Positions 24,461-37,336 are shown, numbered from the stretch's first letter. The stretch: 64,000 nt of DNA from Malacoraja senta (GCA_038087875.1 CM075988.1:3162001-3226000), one strand, 5' to 3'. The notes: generated from the sequence alone by a model not told the origin. Program-made: numbers and translations.

Positions 24461-26230
24461 TGGCATGGCATGGATGACTTATGCCTGATACAGTGTGCGT
24501 CAATAGGTCTGGGCTACTGGGAAAAGTCATAGGAGTTTCGATGACCATGTCGAGGACCACTGGGAACCATGGCTGTGTAGGCCAGTTGGTACTATCAAAA
24601 TACCTGAAGCAGAGTCCATCTGTATTTTGCGTAGTACCCTACAGATTAAGGCAGAAGGGGAAAAAGCATAGAAGAAATCGGTCCCCCAGTTCAGCGCGAA
24701 TGCATCTATCGCTGCTGCCTCAGGGTTGGTTCCCAAGGGACATTTTAGCAAAAGCTCTAGGATTTAACATCCATTCGGTGTTTATCATTGAATTTGCGTG
24801 ACCTGGCAATGTATTTAGCTTACCTGGTAGGTAAGTTGCTGATAGCCAAATATGTCTATCGACCCACCATTACCAGATTGTGTTGACCCAATTGTCACAT
24901 GATATCGATTTTATTCCGGTCATATGGTTAATATAGGCCACCACCGTGATATTATCAATTTGTAAATGAACATGCAAGTTGTGCATATTCCTAGAATATG
25001 CTTTAAAACCATAAAACGCACCCAACATTTCCAAATAATTTATGCCCAGTGTTTGTAGTACAGACAAGTCTAGGTTAGTCCATCTACCACCCGTGCTGGA
25101 TATGGTATTAGTTGCTCCCCAGCCTTGAGCACTGGCATCTGTTTGTATAGTTAACGTTGGGTTATTGATGATGATAGGGCTGGAACTATGCCAAATGTGT
25201 TATATCCACCATTGTAACTCTGATATTGCTTCAATGGGTAGTTTCATGGATCTGTCAAAGTGACCTGCATGTCGTTTCAACGCCTGTACTTTTGCCCTTT
25301 GTAGGTGCTGATAGTGCAGGAGTCCAAATTGTGTAGCTGAAAATGCTGCTACCATTTTGCCAATTACTCTTGCCACTTGTCGGATGGTTGGTCGATTGCT
25401 TACCATTAAATTGTTGCACATCTGTGCCAATTCTGCTGCTTTACCTTTTGGCAACGTTACAGACATGTGGATTGAGTTAATTGAATCCCAGATAGTCCAT
25501 AGTTGTGGATGGCGTCAACTTAGATTTATCTGGATGTATGACAAACCCAGGGTTTCAAACAATTATTTGGTAGCTAATACAGCTGATTTAGCCAACTCCA
25601 TGGTTTTGCCAACTATTAGGATATCATCAAGATACGCCATGACAATATGTCTTTGTTTCGCAAATGTTGCCAAGGCTGGTTTTAATATCTTGGTAAATAG
25701 TCTAAGGCTGATGTCAACCCATTAGGCAATACTTTATACTGCCATAGTTGCCCCATCCAGGTAAATTTTCAGGTATCTGCGATGACCCTTGTGAATGGGT
25801 ACTGAATAGTAGGCATCTTTTAAATCAATGCTTGCCATAAAGTATCCTTTGGAAATCAGTTGTTTAGCAGTTACAAATGTTTCCATTTTGAAATGTACAT
25901 ACTTAACAAAGGTATTTAGTGAGGTTAAGTCAATGATGATGCGACATCCACCATCTTTTTTACTTTTGGTAAATATATTTGAGACAAATTCCAAAGGATC
26001 ATGTTTGGATTTCTCAATGACACCCTTTGTAAGTAACCTCACCAGTTCTGCTTGAGCCTCTAGTTCTCTTTGACTGAGAGGGTAAAGACCCTTTGGGTAC
26101 GTGCTGAACTGGTGGCATGTTTTCGTGAATGAACTCTATTTTGTATCCCCGAATACTGTTAAGTATATAACTATCATTCGTGAGACACCTCCTGTTAGTA
26201 CAGTTCCCCATTTACATGCTGGTAGGAACC
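24460..26230 (-). pseudogene. DIRS A RT / RNase H / methyltransferase-like ORF
   Basis: KKDGGCRIIIDL, IDLKDAY, YLDD (25622-25633 minus), QTDAS, INYLEM, QIDNIT, IDAFALNW. Confidence 0.88.
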
Positions 26231-27560
26231 AGACCCACCTACCTCCATAGTTATGGTAGTGTTCCTTTCTTCCGTTTGTTCATCCGTCGTTATACTGCTG
26301 GATGTACTGCTGATGTACTGGTGATTGGGGGTGGCGCATTTTCCATGGGGTCCGCTCTGGGCCCTGGCCTAAAAAGGCTTTCGGGGATAGTATGCGGACC
26401 CCGAGCTTTCACCAGTTACATAAATTTGACCTTGACTGGTGGACGCGGTGGGGTACTGCCGTCTGTTTTTTTGTGTGGGTCTGCTCGTTCCGGGGCCTGC
26501 CCTCATGAGGCCAAATGCTTTGGACTCCTCCTCCAGGTCTTTCACTTGTCCTTCCAAATAACAGGATCTGCGGCTCTGAGGCCGGTGTTTTACACAGTCC
26601 TGCAAACCTGGGATTGAGGGCAGGTCTTATTCTCTCCTTGCGGAGGTTATTTATCTCATATTGGGTGTAGCACAGCAGAGCCAGAGTGTCTTGCTGGTTT
26701 GTGGTCATATCCACCCCATCCACGGAACGAGCATAGGCTGTTATCCCTGTCGTCAGGAGCTTGAGGATTTTAGCTCCTGGTTCCGGATACTCTGTCCCCC
26801 CCCCAGATTTGGCTGTTAACAGCCGGTACATTGAGCGAACTGCAGTTTTCCAGCTCTAGTGCCTCATTAAGTACCTGTCTTGTAGGGGTTTGAGGGACAG
26901 GTGGTTGATGCTGGCCGCCAGTTTTGGCTCCAATGGCCGCCCTGCTCGTGGTGAAACCGCGTAGCGAATCTCCACACCCAGCAGCTCTTCCTGATCCTGT
27001 ACCCCAAGCGTACTCCCGACATCTTCAGCCGATGACCCCTCTTCCTGACCAGCCCAGCCCTGGTCGCCAACGCTGCCCTGCTTTGAGGGGAAAGCGATGG
27101 CCAGTGCATTTATAGAGCACTGCTGTGGGAGTGCCTGATCCCCCTGGCGAGACTGCTCTAGCTCCTGAAGCAAGTCTCGCTGGAGCAGTTGCTCCATGAG
27201 CCTTTCCATTCGGCTCAGGCGGCTAGCTCTGCTGCTGTAAGGCGGACCCTCCTCATCGGAGTCAGACATAACCGGCCGGGTTTTTTTAAATTTTTTTTAA
27301 AAAACTTTTCCTCCAGCCCGCTGCCGCTCATCAGGCTGCGCTAGCGGGACTGGGCTCGGCTCGGTCTCGATGAGGGTGGACCGCCGCATATGCGGTCCAG
27401 GTGCCGCCTCTCGCCCCCCACTGATGGAGCACTCCCGTTCTGTTGGAGTCGAACGGGGGGCGGTTTTCTCCTTTGCCGTGCTGCTCCTGTTCCCAGTTCC
27501 TCTGGAATAGAGAGCAGAGCACAGCTTGCGGATTACGACCACAGTGTAAGACTTACCTGA
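26230..27560 (-). pseudogene. DIRS A gag-like ORF1
   Basis: Position upstream of RT; KILKLLTTGITAY, EINNLRKERIRPALNPRFAGLC, homologous to the DIRS B ORF1. Confidence 0.65.
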
Positions 27561-27703
27561 TGGTCCGCTGTTTAGTTTTCACCGACGTGTAGCGGGAGCG
27601 CCTGTACTCCCGGTCGTCGCTGTTGCACTGCGTGAACGCTAATGTCGCGCATGCGTGCTGGACGGGGTCTTCACGTAGTCACTCACGTGACTCCGAAGTA
27701 AAA

Positions 27704-28527
27704 TCAAATAATTTTCTTTTTTTGCATAAGCGCTTACTCGGAGTCTTGAATACGGGCTCAGCATCTAGGTCTTTGGCAAGTTCACTAGCGTCAATCAAGG
27801 CGTCATCAATACCTTTTTCCCTGTATGTCTTTAACCAGTTACAAAGCTTTTGAAATGAAGAAAGCCCTGTAGCAACACCATGGTATCACTCTGAAGTTCC
27901 TTACTCACAAAATTTACTTGAAAGAGTAAGGAGTGCCAGAGAACTAGTGAGACCAGAAACTTGTAATATCTCATTTGACTAACGATTCAGCATCGCTTTT
28001 TGCTTGAGCATCATCAGTGCTTTCTGCTAACTCTTCTAGTGCATTACAAACTTCAGCAGCTTGGTACCGTACAGCTTTGACACTTTCCATTCTACATTCC
28101 CATTGTGTTTCAGAGAGAGGTTTTATAGACAGACCTGTCACATGTTTTCTAAAAACAGTCCATCTTTTAGTAGATGATGCAAAAATGGTGTAAATACGCT
28201 GCAGAGTTCCAAAGAAAGTCATTGTATCTGGACATGTCTTGGCCATGTCTCCCAAAACTAGGTTGTAGTTGTGACATGCGTATTGTGTAAAGAAAGCTCT
28301 TGAATTCATCTGTAGAAGTCGTGCCTGCACACCTGAGGTGCGTCCCTTCATATTGGCACCATTATCATACCCTTGTCCACGGATATTTTCAACATCAAGC
28401 CCTAATGTTTCAAGTTCATGTAGAAGGGTGTTGTACAAATTTTCACCTGTGCTACTTTCCACCACTAAAAACTTGATGATTTGTTTTTAGTGGTGGAGCA
28501 TTTGATTGTACACCATCAGCTACATAT
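27704..28527 (-). pseudogene. hAT transposase middle part
   Basis: GQGYDNGANMKG, ACHNYNL (CxxH-like), STKRW, LSETQWE. Confidence 0.92.
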
Positions 28528-28741
28528 CTATTTTACTTCGGAGTCACGTGAGTGACTACGTGAAGAAGCCCGTCAGTGCGCCTGCGCGTCATTACGTCAG
28601 ACGCCTTGACGCAAACGGACGTGAGGAGCAGTGCTCCTCGAGTGGTTTGTAGTTTTTCAACTACAAGGTAAGTAAAAACTTTTTTACAGGTTTTCCAGGT
28701 CCGTTTACTGTGGGTCTATGGCGATTTTTTCCACAGACGCC

Positions 28742-29925
28742 ATGGGAAAAAACGGACAGGGGTAAGAGGCGAGCGACATAGCCGACAGAAGTCGGGAAAG
28801 TCGGGAGTCCGCGGTTAGAGACCAACCGCCTCTAAACCCCGGTACAGTCGCCAGCGGTGAGCATAGCGACTGTGGACCTGGGGCTGGTGAAAACACAGTC
28901 AGTGCCTGTCGGGCAAAAGACAAAGTTTAAATCCCAACGGAGGGAGTCCCAGGCAATGAAGAAGCTCCAGGGCTAGATACTGCTTTAGAGCATATTGCCC
29001 AAATAGAAAGCCTTTTACACAGGCTGTTGGAGCAACGTTCACTCAGTGAGGAGTGTTCTGAAAGCCAAGCTGCTGGAAACAGCTCAAACAGCTCCTGGTA
29101 CAGGGCTAGATACTGCTTTCAAGCGTATTGCCCAAATAGAAGCCTTTTTCATAGGTTGTTGGAGCAAAAGTTCACTCAGGAAGGAGTGTACTGTAATCCA
29201 AGCTGCAGGAGCAGCGTAACAGCACCTGGCTCAGGGCTGATGGAATGCACCCTCAGGAATGAGGAGCGTGCTACGGGTCATGAGATTTCAGACCCCGACT
29301 CTGACGGTGAGGCTGTACAAGGCGATGAAAGGCAGCTGCCAGATGTTCCAACCCTGGTAGTAGGATTCGCTGCCCCGTCAGGGTCAGGAGAGCCATTAGG
29401 AAGAACTGGCCTCCTTACTAAATTACTTGGTTTACCATTAGCTGGAACAGCATGAAATGGATGAGACTGCAAGAGTATCTGGAATCAGTTGCAGAGAATA
29501 TTAAAGCTGCTGGGTTCTGGAATAACTGCTTTTACCAGAATAGCAGGTAACAACCAAAAGATGACGAAGTTGCATCAGCAAGCACTGGGGTTGCTATGCA
29601 GCACCCACTTTGAGAAGTGCAATACGGTCTACTATGAATCCGAAATTCGCAGCACTCTGCAAACCAAGTAATATACAAATTACCCAACTTACTCTTTGGA
29701 GAGATCTCGGGAGACGTATTAAAGAGTTGGAAGATGAAGCGAAAACAGGATTGATGAAGACATCAATGGTTGTGAAGTCTGTAAAGAGGAAGTATCCTTT
29801 CAGACGTCATACGGATCCTGGACCAAGTCGCTCATCAACGCAGGGACGTAGTTGGTGGCCTGCAGCGGGAGCAAGAACCAGTGGGCGTGCTTCCGGGAGA
29901 ACCCAGGAATCTCAGGGTACTGAAA
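28742..29925 (+). pseudogene. DIRS B gag-like ORF1 with a 133-bp-period internal duplication
   Basis: QRILKLLGSGITAF, RSTMNPKFAALCK; duplication 28968-29046 / 29101-29179. Confidence 0.65.
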
Positions 29926-31846
29926 TGACTCAAGAGGTAGGTGGACCTGGTTCTCATGGGAACATACTAACTGGATTAAGTCCAAAAGTTGGAGGCAGGT
30001 TACATTTCTTCTATAATAATTGGAAGAAAATTACTTCAGATGTGGTAATCCTGAATAATATACAAGGATTTCGAATTGAATTCAATCCAAATTATGATTT
30101 GCCTGTTCAGCATGTTCCTAGCCGAACTCTGCACTTTGTACAAAAAGAAGTGATGGAGGTTCAGGTTGCAATTGAAACCCTATATAAAAAAAAAGGGGTT
30201 ATTGAAAAATCAGTCTACCAAAGTCACCAATTTGTGTCAAAAATATTCCCTCGATCAAAAAAGGATGGAGGATGTAGGATTCTTGTAGATTTGATAAATC
30301 TGAATCCTTTTGTGCAATTTAGACATTTTAAAATGGAAACATTTGTGACTGCCAAACAGCTTATTTCAGAAGCATGTTATATGGCAACTATAGACTTGAA
30401 AGATGCATATTATTCAGTGTCTGTGCATTCAGAAGATAGGAAGTATCTTAAATTTAAATGGATGAACCAGTTGTGGCAGTTCAAAGCTCTGCCTAATGGG
30501 TTAATATCTGCACTCAGAATATTCACAAAAATTGTTAAAACCAATTCTGGGCTTGCTGAGTAGCCAGGGGCATGTACTAATGGCATATTTGGATGATGTC
30601 TTGATTATAGGAAAGACAAAACAGTCAACAGAAGTATCTGTTGCAGTTGTGAAATCAACTTTTGAAAAGTTGGGGTTTCTAATTCATCCACAGAAATCTA
30701 GGTTAACACCATGTACCTCTATTAATTATTTGGGGTTCACAATTGATTCAGTCCAAATGAATATCACTTTGCCCAGGGAAAAGGGTGGATTTGATTAAAG
30801 ATTGCAGTAATCTCCTAAACGAGCAAAAACCTTCAATTAGACAGGTGGCTCGTGTACTGGGAAAATTAGTAGCAGCATTCCCAGCAGTCCAATTTGGACC
30901 ATTACATTATCAACAACTGCAGAGACTTAAAGAACAGGCACCGAGAATGAATGTTGGTCATTTTGATAGAACCATGCAACTAACAACAAATGCTGTTTCT
31001 GGTCTGCAGTGGTGGATTCTACATGTCTCAAGCAGTTCCAGCAAAGTGCTGATTGAACAACCTTCCATGATATTACAAACTGATGCCAGTGCACCAGGAT
31101 GGGGTGCAACTGACTTAACATCTAGCTGAGGAGGCAGATGGAATCAGGAAGAGTCATTGTTACTGCAGACATGGGGAATTAACTATTTGGAGCTTCTAGG
31201 ATGTTTCTATGGGCTCCAAGCTTATTGTTCTAACACAACTAATAAGCATGTTCAAGTTCAAATTGATAACACAACAGTAGTTGTTTATATTAATGATATG
31301 GAATTAAGTCGGTGTCTTGTGACAAAATGGTTAATCAACTTTGGGCTTGGTGTATTGAAAAGAACATTTGGATTTCAGCTATCTATCTATCAGGTAGAAT
31401 GAACGATAGCAGACACCAAGTCACGAAAAGTTCCATGATAATAAAGAATGGATGTTGAATCAAGAGGTATTCAATGATATAGTCATCAGATTTGGAATGA
31501 CCGACATCGACTTGAATCATCAGCTATCGAGATATGTCTCATGGAAACCAGATCCAGGAGCAGTGGCGATTGATGCTTTCTCGCTACATTGGGGTGGTTT
31601 GTTTTCATATATATTTCCACCTTTCTGCCTCATAAGCCAATGTTTGCTTAAAATCAGGCAAGATGCTGCTTCAAGGGTATTGGTAGTACCAGATTGGCCT
31701 ACACAGCCATGGTATCCGTTGATATTAGAATTAACAACACAAATGTTGATGAAAGTCCCAAAAAAGAGTAATTTATTGCTGCTCCCTGTACAGGGGAACA
31801 ACATCCATTATATGATCGTTTGGATTTGTTGATTTGCAGGTTTTAA
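29926..31846 (+). pseudogene. DIRS B RT / RNase H / methyltransferase-like ORF
   Basis: VGGRL, KKDGGCRILVDL, IDLKDAY, AYLDD, QTDAS, INYLEL, IDAFSLHW, IFPPF, VVPDWPTQPW. Confidence 0.9.
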
Positions 31847-31849
31847 GAA

Positions 31850-32811
31850 TGCCTTTTCTGGGACGAGGACTGTCTGAGCATATTGTGGACATGCTTACGG
31901 CAGCCTGGAGGAAGAGCACTCAAAAACAGTACCTTTCTTATATTAAGAAATGGGAAAAGTTCTGGGTACAAAAGAATGTGCAATAAAGTACTGCAGATAT
32001 TTCAAATGTTTAGAATTTCTGTCAAAACTTTATTATGATGAAGGTCTGAGTTGTAGTGCAATTAATTCAGCCAGAAGTGCATTGTCCTCATATTTGGTTC
32101 TGGATTCAGAAAGAAACTCAATTGGGTCACACCCAATTGTTTCCAGACTAATGAAAGGAATCTTTAATTCCAAACCACCGAAACCTAGGTACGTGACAAT
32201 CTGGGATGTAAGTGTGGTACTGAAACTACTTCGTGATGGTTATCAAGTGTGTCTTTACCTTTGGTCAAGCTCAGTATGAAAGTATTCATGTTTATGGCAT
32301 GAGTGACAGCACAACGAGTGCAAACACTTGGAAAATTACAAATAGATAGTATGGAAGTAACTGAAGACAAGGTTACATTCTATATCTATGACCTAATAAA
32401 GCAAATTAGGCCAGGTGTGACAGGATTTAAAATTATGCTGGCAGCATATCCAAATGATCCATGTCTTTGTATTAAGACATATTTATTACAATACATTGAG
32501 GTCACAAAGAATTTGAGAATACGGAAACTGGGTTTTTGATCACACACAAGAAACCACACAAGAGAGTTTCAATACAGACTATTTCCAGATGGATAAAAGA
32601 AGTCTTAACAGCTGCTGGTATTAACACTTATGTTTTTACGTCTCACTCGACTAGGGCAGCAGAAATGTCGGCGGCCAGGGCAAAAGACGGCCCCGTCGAC
32701 CATATCCTCGCAGCCGCCGGGTGGTCCAATGAGTTGATGTTTCAACATTTTTACCATCGGCCTATTGTTAATGCGGGGTTGTTTGCAGAAACTATTTTAA
32801 GTTCTGTGTAA
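31850..32811 (+). pseudogene. DIRS B tyrosine recombinase
   Basis: SAINSARSALS, PRYVTIWDV, TAQRVQ, SHSTRAA, AAGWS, FQHFY. Confidence 0.9.
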
Positions 32812-33323
32812 ATTCCTCTGGTTTAAAGGGGATCTGATTCATTTCATTCTTGAAATGAATTACTGCATTTGTGGTACAAATGTTATTATGAATGCATGAT
32901 TGATTATTCTCGTTCCGAGTCAATCTATGCAGTGAGAAGCCGGGATTGATCCACGGCATGAAATCACAAAGCTTTAAAATCTTCACGTAGTCACTCACGT
33001 GACTCCGAAGTAAAATAGTAAGATTAAACGAGAACTTACCTAAGTTTGAAGTTTGATCTTTATTTTATGAGGAGTTACGTAGGTGATTACGTGCCCGCCA
33101 CGACCCTACCCTCTATCATAAAGGTCAGATGGAAGTTCTTGTATTACTTGTTTTAGTATGAGACTATATTACTTCGGTTCTTGTTTTTTGTGATTTCACA
33201 CCGCTGCTTTGAAGATTGACGCGCAGGCGCACTGATGGGCTTCTTCACGTAATCACCTACGTAACTCCTCATAAAATAAAGATCAAACTTCAAACTTAGG
33301 TAAGTTCTCGTTTAATCTTACTA

Positions 33324-34477
33324 ATTACCATCGATATTTGCTCCTGACGACTGATGTCAGGAGCACAGTCAAGAATTATTGCAAAATACTTAGCAGCCTT
33401 GATTTGCAAAATGATTTCCTGTAGAACAGCGTGACCCATTATATTAATAAGCTCATTCTGGATTCTTTTTCCTAAATAATGATCATGTATTTCCTTATTC
33501 TGGATTTTTCGCAGATGATCTTGCATTACTGGATCAAACTTTCCTACCAACTCAATAACACCAAGGAAATTTCCATTATGTGGTGTTCCTATGTGTTCCT
33601 CAGATCCCCGGAATGGCAAGTTTCTTTGTGCCAGGAACTGTACAGTGGCTACCAGTCGCTCAAAAACTTGATGCCAGCGTTTTGCTTCTTGTCTGATGAG
33701 TTTTTCTACCACTTCATCAATAGTTTTTTCAGTAGATCTTTGCTGTAGTTCACAGCAACTGAGCATAGCTTGCAAATGCTTTTTGGAGTTCTCATGCTCA
33801 GCTAGTCTTGTATGAATGTTCGGCCAGTTATTAAAACCACAACTTGCAAGTGCAATTGCTGCATTATTATCAAAAAGCTTACAGTAGTAACAGAAGATTT
33901 TATCAGTTGGTGCAGAGTATATTAGGCATGGACGATCTACAATTTCACCATTTGGCAGTTTACTTTTGCAGTGAAATTTTGAAAAACGTGATCCACTGTC
34001 ATTCTTGGGGAAAAATTCTGATATAATTGTAGATGGTCCTTTTTTCACTAAATAGTCCCTGACACTCGGATTCATCATTTCTGGCCATATTGCAGGATCA
34101 TCTGTTAATTGTACAAAACTGGCAGATTTTGAATTCCCGTTCTCCCTTGCCTCAGAGGCACCAGAGGTCATGTCAACAGGCGAGTTTCCTTTCTTGTCAA
34201 ATTCAACACTTTCGAAATGGGCGTTCTCACTTACAGTAAATGAATTCCCACTTTGATCGTCTTGCATAACTTCTTCGGACTGGCTTCCTTCACTGTCATC
34301 ATCTTCACTGTGTTGTGGCTCCACTTACTCTTCTGCATTTTCTGAGATAGTTTTGCTGAAATACTTATCTAATGCACCTTTATCCTTTTCTGCTTCGGCC
34401 TTCTTTGCCTTGGCTATACCCCTCTTCTTACTGCCACTCAAATATGTTCTGCCGATGTCCCTTAGTCTTTTAGTCAT
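33324..34477 (-). pseudogene. hAT transposase N-terminal part (TTF-type zinc finger, DUF4371-like region)
   Basis: ATG at 34477 (MTKRLRDIGRTYLSGSKKR), in-frame TAA at 34325-34327, FCYYCKLF, HENSKKH, NLPFRG, GNFLG, AIILDCAPDIS. Confidence 0.92.
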
Positions 34478-34682
34478 ATTTACAGAAACCACGAAAATCT
34501 CTGTAGAACCTGCAATGTGGTATTACATATATATTGCAATCAGTGATGGAAATGAGTTTTAGGAACTAGGAGTATGCTAAGAACCGTGAGGCTGAGGGGA
34601 AGGAAGGGGTGGGGGGGGAGGGGGGGGGAGGGGGGGTAGATGCTATAAGCCCCCCATGAGAAATTTTATCTAACTCTGATAT

Positions 34683-34870
34683 TGAAGATAGACAAAAGCT
34701 GGAGTAGCTCAGCAGGACAGGCAACGCAGCGACTCTGGAGAGAAGACCCTTCTTCAGACTGAACTGAACTCTCGTCGGTGAGAGTACTTGTGATTGCCTG
34801 AAGAAGGGTCTCGACCAGAACCGCAACCCTCTCCACAGAGCCCCTGCCCGTCCCGCTGAGCCACCACAGA
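34683..34870. mobile_element. Penelope pLTR inverted pair
   Basis: Minus-strand pLTR 34683-34761 and plus-strand pLTR 34798-34860, each with a hammerhead-like core. Confidence 0.65.
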
Positions 34871-35250
34871 CAGGGAGTTGAAGGTAGACACAGGGGGGTC
34901 CACCTTCAACTTCAGAGCCAAACAAAAACACAGAGTGCTGGAGGAACTCAGCAGGCAAGGCAGCACCCGCGGAGGGAACATATCACTAATCAGGAGCCGC
35001 CACGGGCCAGGACTCTTTCCCCCCAACAGAAAGGAACCGCAAATGCAGCCATCACCGCAAAACGTCTAAGAAGGAACTGTAGATGCTGAAAAATCGAAGG
35101 TAGACAAAAATGCTGGAGAAACTCAGCGGGTGTGAAGCCCTGTCCCACTGTGCGAGTTCACCCAAGAGCTCTCCCGAGTTTTTAAAAAATCAAACCTCGT
35201 GGTAAGCATGTAGAATGAATGTAGAGGGTACGTCGGAGCTCGGGACGTTT

Positions 35251-35898
35251 CAATAGACAATAAACAATAGGTTCAGGAGCGGGCCATTTGGCCCTTCGAG
35301 CCAGCACCACCATTCAATGTGATCATGGCTGATCATCCACAATCAGTACCCCGTTCCTGCCTTCTCCCCATATCCCCTGACTCCGCTATTTTTAAGAGCC
35401 CTATCTAGCTCTCTCTTGAAAGCATCCAGAGAACCTGCCTCCACCGCCCTCTGAGGCAGAGAATTCCACAGACTCACCACTCTCTGTGAGAAAAAGTGTT
35501 TCCTCGTCTCCGTTATAAATGGGCTTACTCCTTATTCTTAAATTGTGGCCCCTGGTTCTGGACTCCCCCAACATCGGGAACCTGTTTCCTGCCTCTTGCG
35601 TGTCCAAGCCTTAACAATCTTATATGTTTCAATGAGATCTCCTCTCATCCTTCTAAACTCCAGAGTGTACAAGCCCAGCTGCTCCATTCTCTCAGCATAT
35701 GACAGTCCCGCCATCCCGGGAATTAACCTTGTAAACCTACGCTGCACTCCCTCAATAGCAAGAATGTCCTTCCTCAAATTAGGGGACCAAACTGCACACA
35801 ATACTCCAGGTGCGGTCTCACTGGCACTCTGTACAACTGCAGAAGGACCTCTTTGCTCTTCTATTCGATTCCTCCTGTTATAAAGGCCAACATGCCAT
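35251..35898 (-). mobile_element. CR1 LINE 3' fragment inside the Harbinger element
   Basis: WSPNLRKDILAIEGVQRRFTR; (ctattgt)n tail at 35251-35268. Confidence 0.9.
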
Positions 35899-36596
35899 TT
35901 CTTAGCGCTAACGGCAGGTACTCGGGGAAATGTGGTAACTCGTGAAGATTTCAACATGTTGAAAAATGTCCACATGTAAAATATACGCAGGATGTAAAAT
36001 TTGATACTTTTTAACACGTAGTCATACCGTAGTAGCTCGTTAGTTTACCGTAGTAGGCCCTGGTGTCCTATATCACTATGGAAATAAGAATATCATGATG
36101 GAAATAAGAATACTCTGTATATTCATTACCTATGAATTGTAGTTTTATGTAATCCTCCCATAATTTCTGTTCCATTTCACAATATTATATATACTGAATG
36201 CTGCAAGGTAATATCTTGCCCAAACTCAGTTGTATCTTTCAATCTCAATAAATATCACAAAATATGCCATTGTTTCATCCACATTATGACAAAATATAGA
36301 ATGTAGGTTATTTGTTATCAGAAATCCCATCCCAGAAACAACAGTACTTAAAGAACATTTGTTTTACTAATTTATGAGCAGGTTGATCCATATCCAACAA
36401 AATGTTGTGATAATTGCATAAAATGTATTATTGTCTAAGAATTTGGTGTGGAATGATAATCCATCACAGTACTCATTTAGGCAAGTCCCAAGCTATAGAT
36501 ACTTTTCCCCCACCCCCAATCCCCCTCTCCCGATCTTCATTGAACCTACCATTTGACTAATCTTTTCTCAGCTGCTGTAACATTTCCTTCCTATCA

Positions 36597-37263
36597 AAAT
36601 CTCTGTGTGGCATCTCTGTCCCTATCTTCCAATTCCCCACTTTGAAATAAAATACAACTTTCGACTTAAAAATTCGCAGCAGGATCGCTATATAAATGCA
36701 CATATATGGTATTTTATCCTAGCACCCCCCCCCCCCTCCCCTTACCACCACACAAGAAGCGTAACTTGAAGCGTTTGCATTTGGAGAAGTTCGATACGGA
36801 CCAGGAATGAAAATTAATAGCTATGAATCGATTAACAGCGAGCAACGAGGTTAGATTGAAACACCTGTCAGAGGGCTAAGAAACAATTCTGAGTTGACGG
36901 CGTATTGTTTTAAGTGGCCATTTTGCAGCGACCTCACCTTATATTCTGGTAAAATATTCTTTCCACGGAAATCTCCTATTTCACTTTGAAATTATATTCA
37001 TTTATAACCGTTTGTATCAGTAACCACCTTAATGTTCGTGCATTTAGTACCGGGTATGCTTGAAACAATTTATTGTAATGTACTGTATCTTTAAAAATAA
37101 CTACATCAACCAGGTGTGAAAATTACACTGAATCGAACGATGATTGAAAATGTGTGGGAATCGACTAATCGCGATCCTGCTGCGAAATGTTTAAGTCGAA
37201 AGTTGTATTTTATTTCAAAGTGGGAATTTGACGATAGGGACAGAGATGCCACACAGATATTTT
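36597..37263. mobile_element. Fold-back/MITE-like element with ~90-bp imperfect TIRs
   Basis: 36597-36688 is the reverse complement of 37171-37263. Confidence 0.75.
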
Positions 37264-37336
37264 AAGCTCTTGGGTGAACTCGCACAGTGGGACAGGGCTT
37301 GAGGCAGCATATATGGAGCGAAGGAAATAGCCGGGT

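Larger units (their letters stand above)
22973..27703 (-). mobile_element. DIRS1-like tyrosine recombinase retrotransposon A, complete ends, ORFs decayed
   Basis: gag-like, RT, RNase H, methyltransferase-like and YR regions; short ITRs 23041-23077 / 27641-27677; internal complementary region 23192-23303 matching both termini. Confidence 0.93.
28531..33320 (+). mobile_element. DIRS1-like tyrosine recombinase retrotransposon B, complete ends, ORFs decayed
   Basis: ITRs 28557-28591 / 33217-33251; ICR 32981-33093; flanked by CTA (28528-28530, 33321-33323); removal restores the hAT frame QISMVIRYVAD. Confidence 0.94.
35136..37299. mobile_element. PIF/Harbinger-type non-autonomous element carrying further insertions
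   Basis: 35-bp perfect TIRs agccctgtcccactgtgcgagttcacccaagagct (35136-35170 / 37265-37299); TGA TSD (35133-35135, 37300-37302). Confidence 0.9.

Noticed and set aside
23347..32811. Phage-integrase and Dam-like domains suggesting prophage or bacterial contamination
   Set aside because: They are the standard YR and MT domains of DIRS retroelements, bounded by ITR/ICR ends.
33296..34324. Possible host ZMYM1-like gene
   Set aside because: Intronless, disabled by stops and insertions, and enclosed by TIRs and a TSD; it is a hAT transposase.
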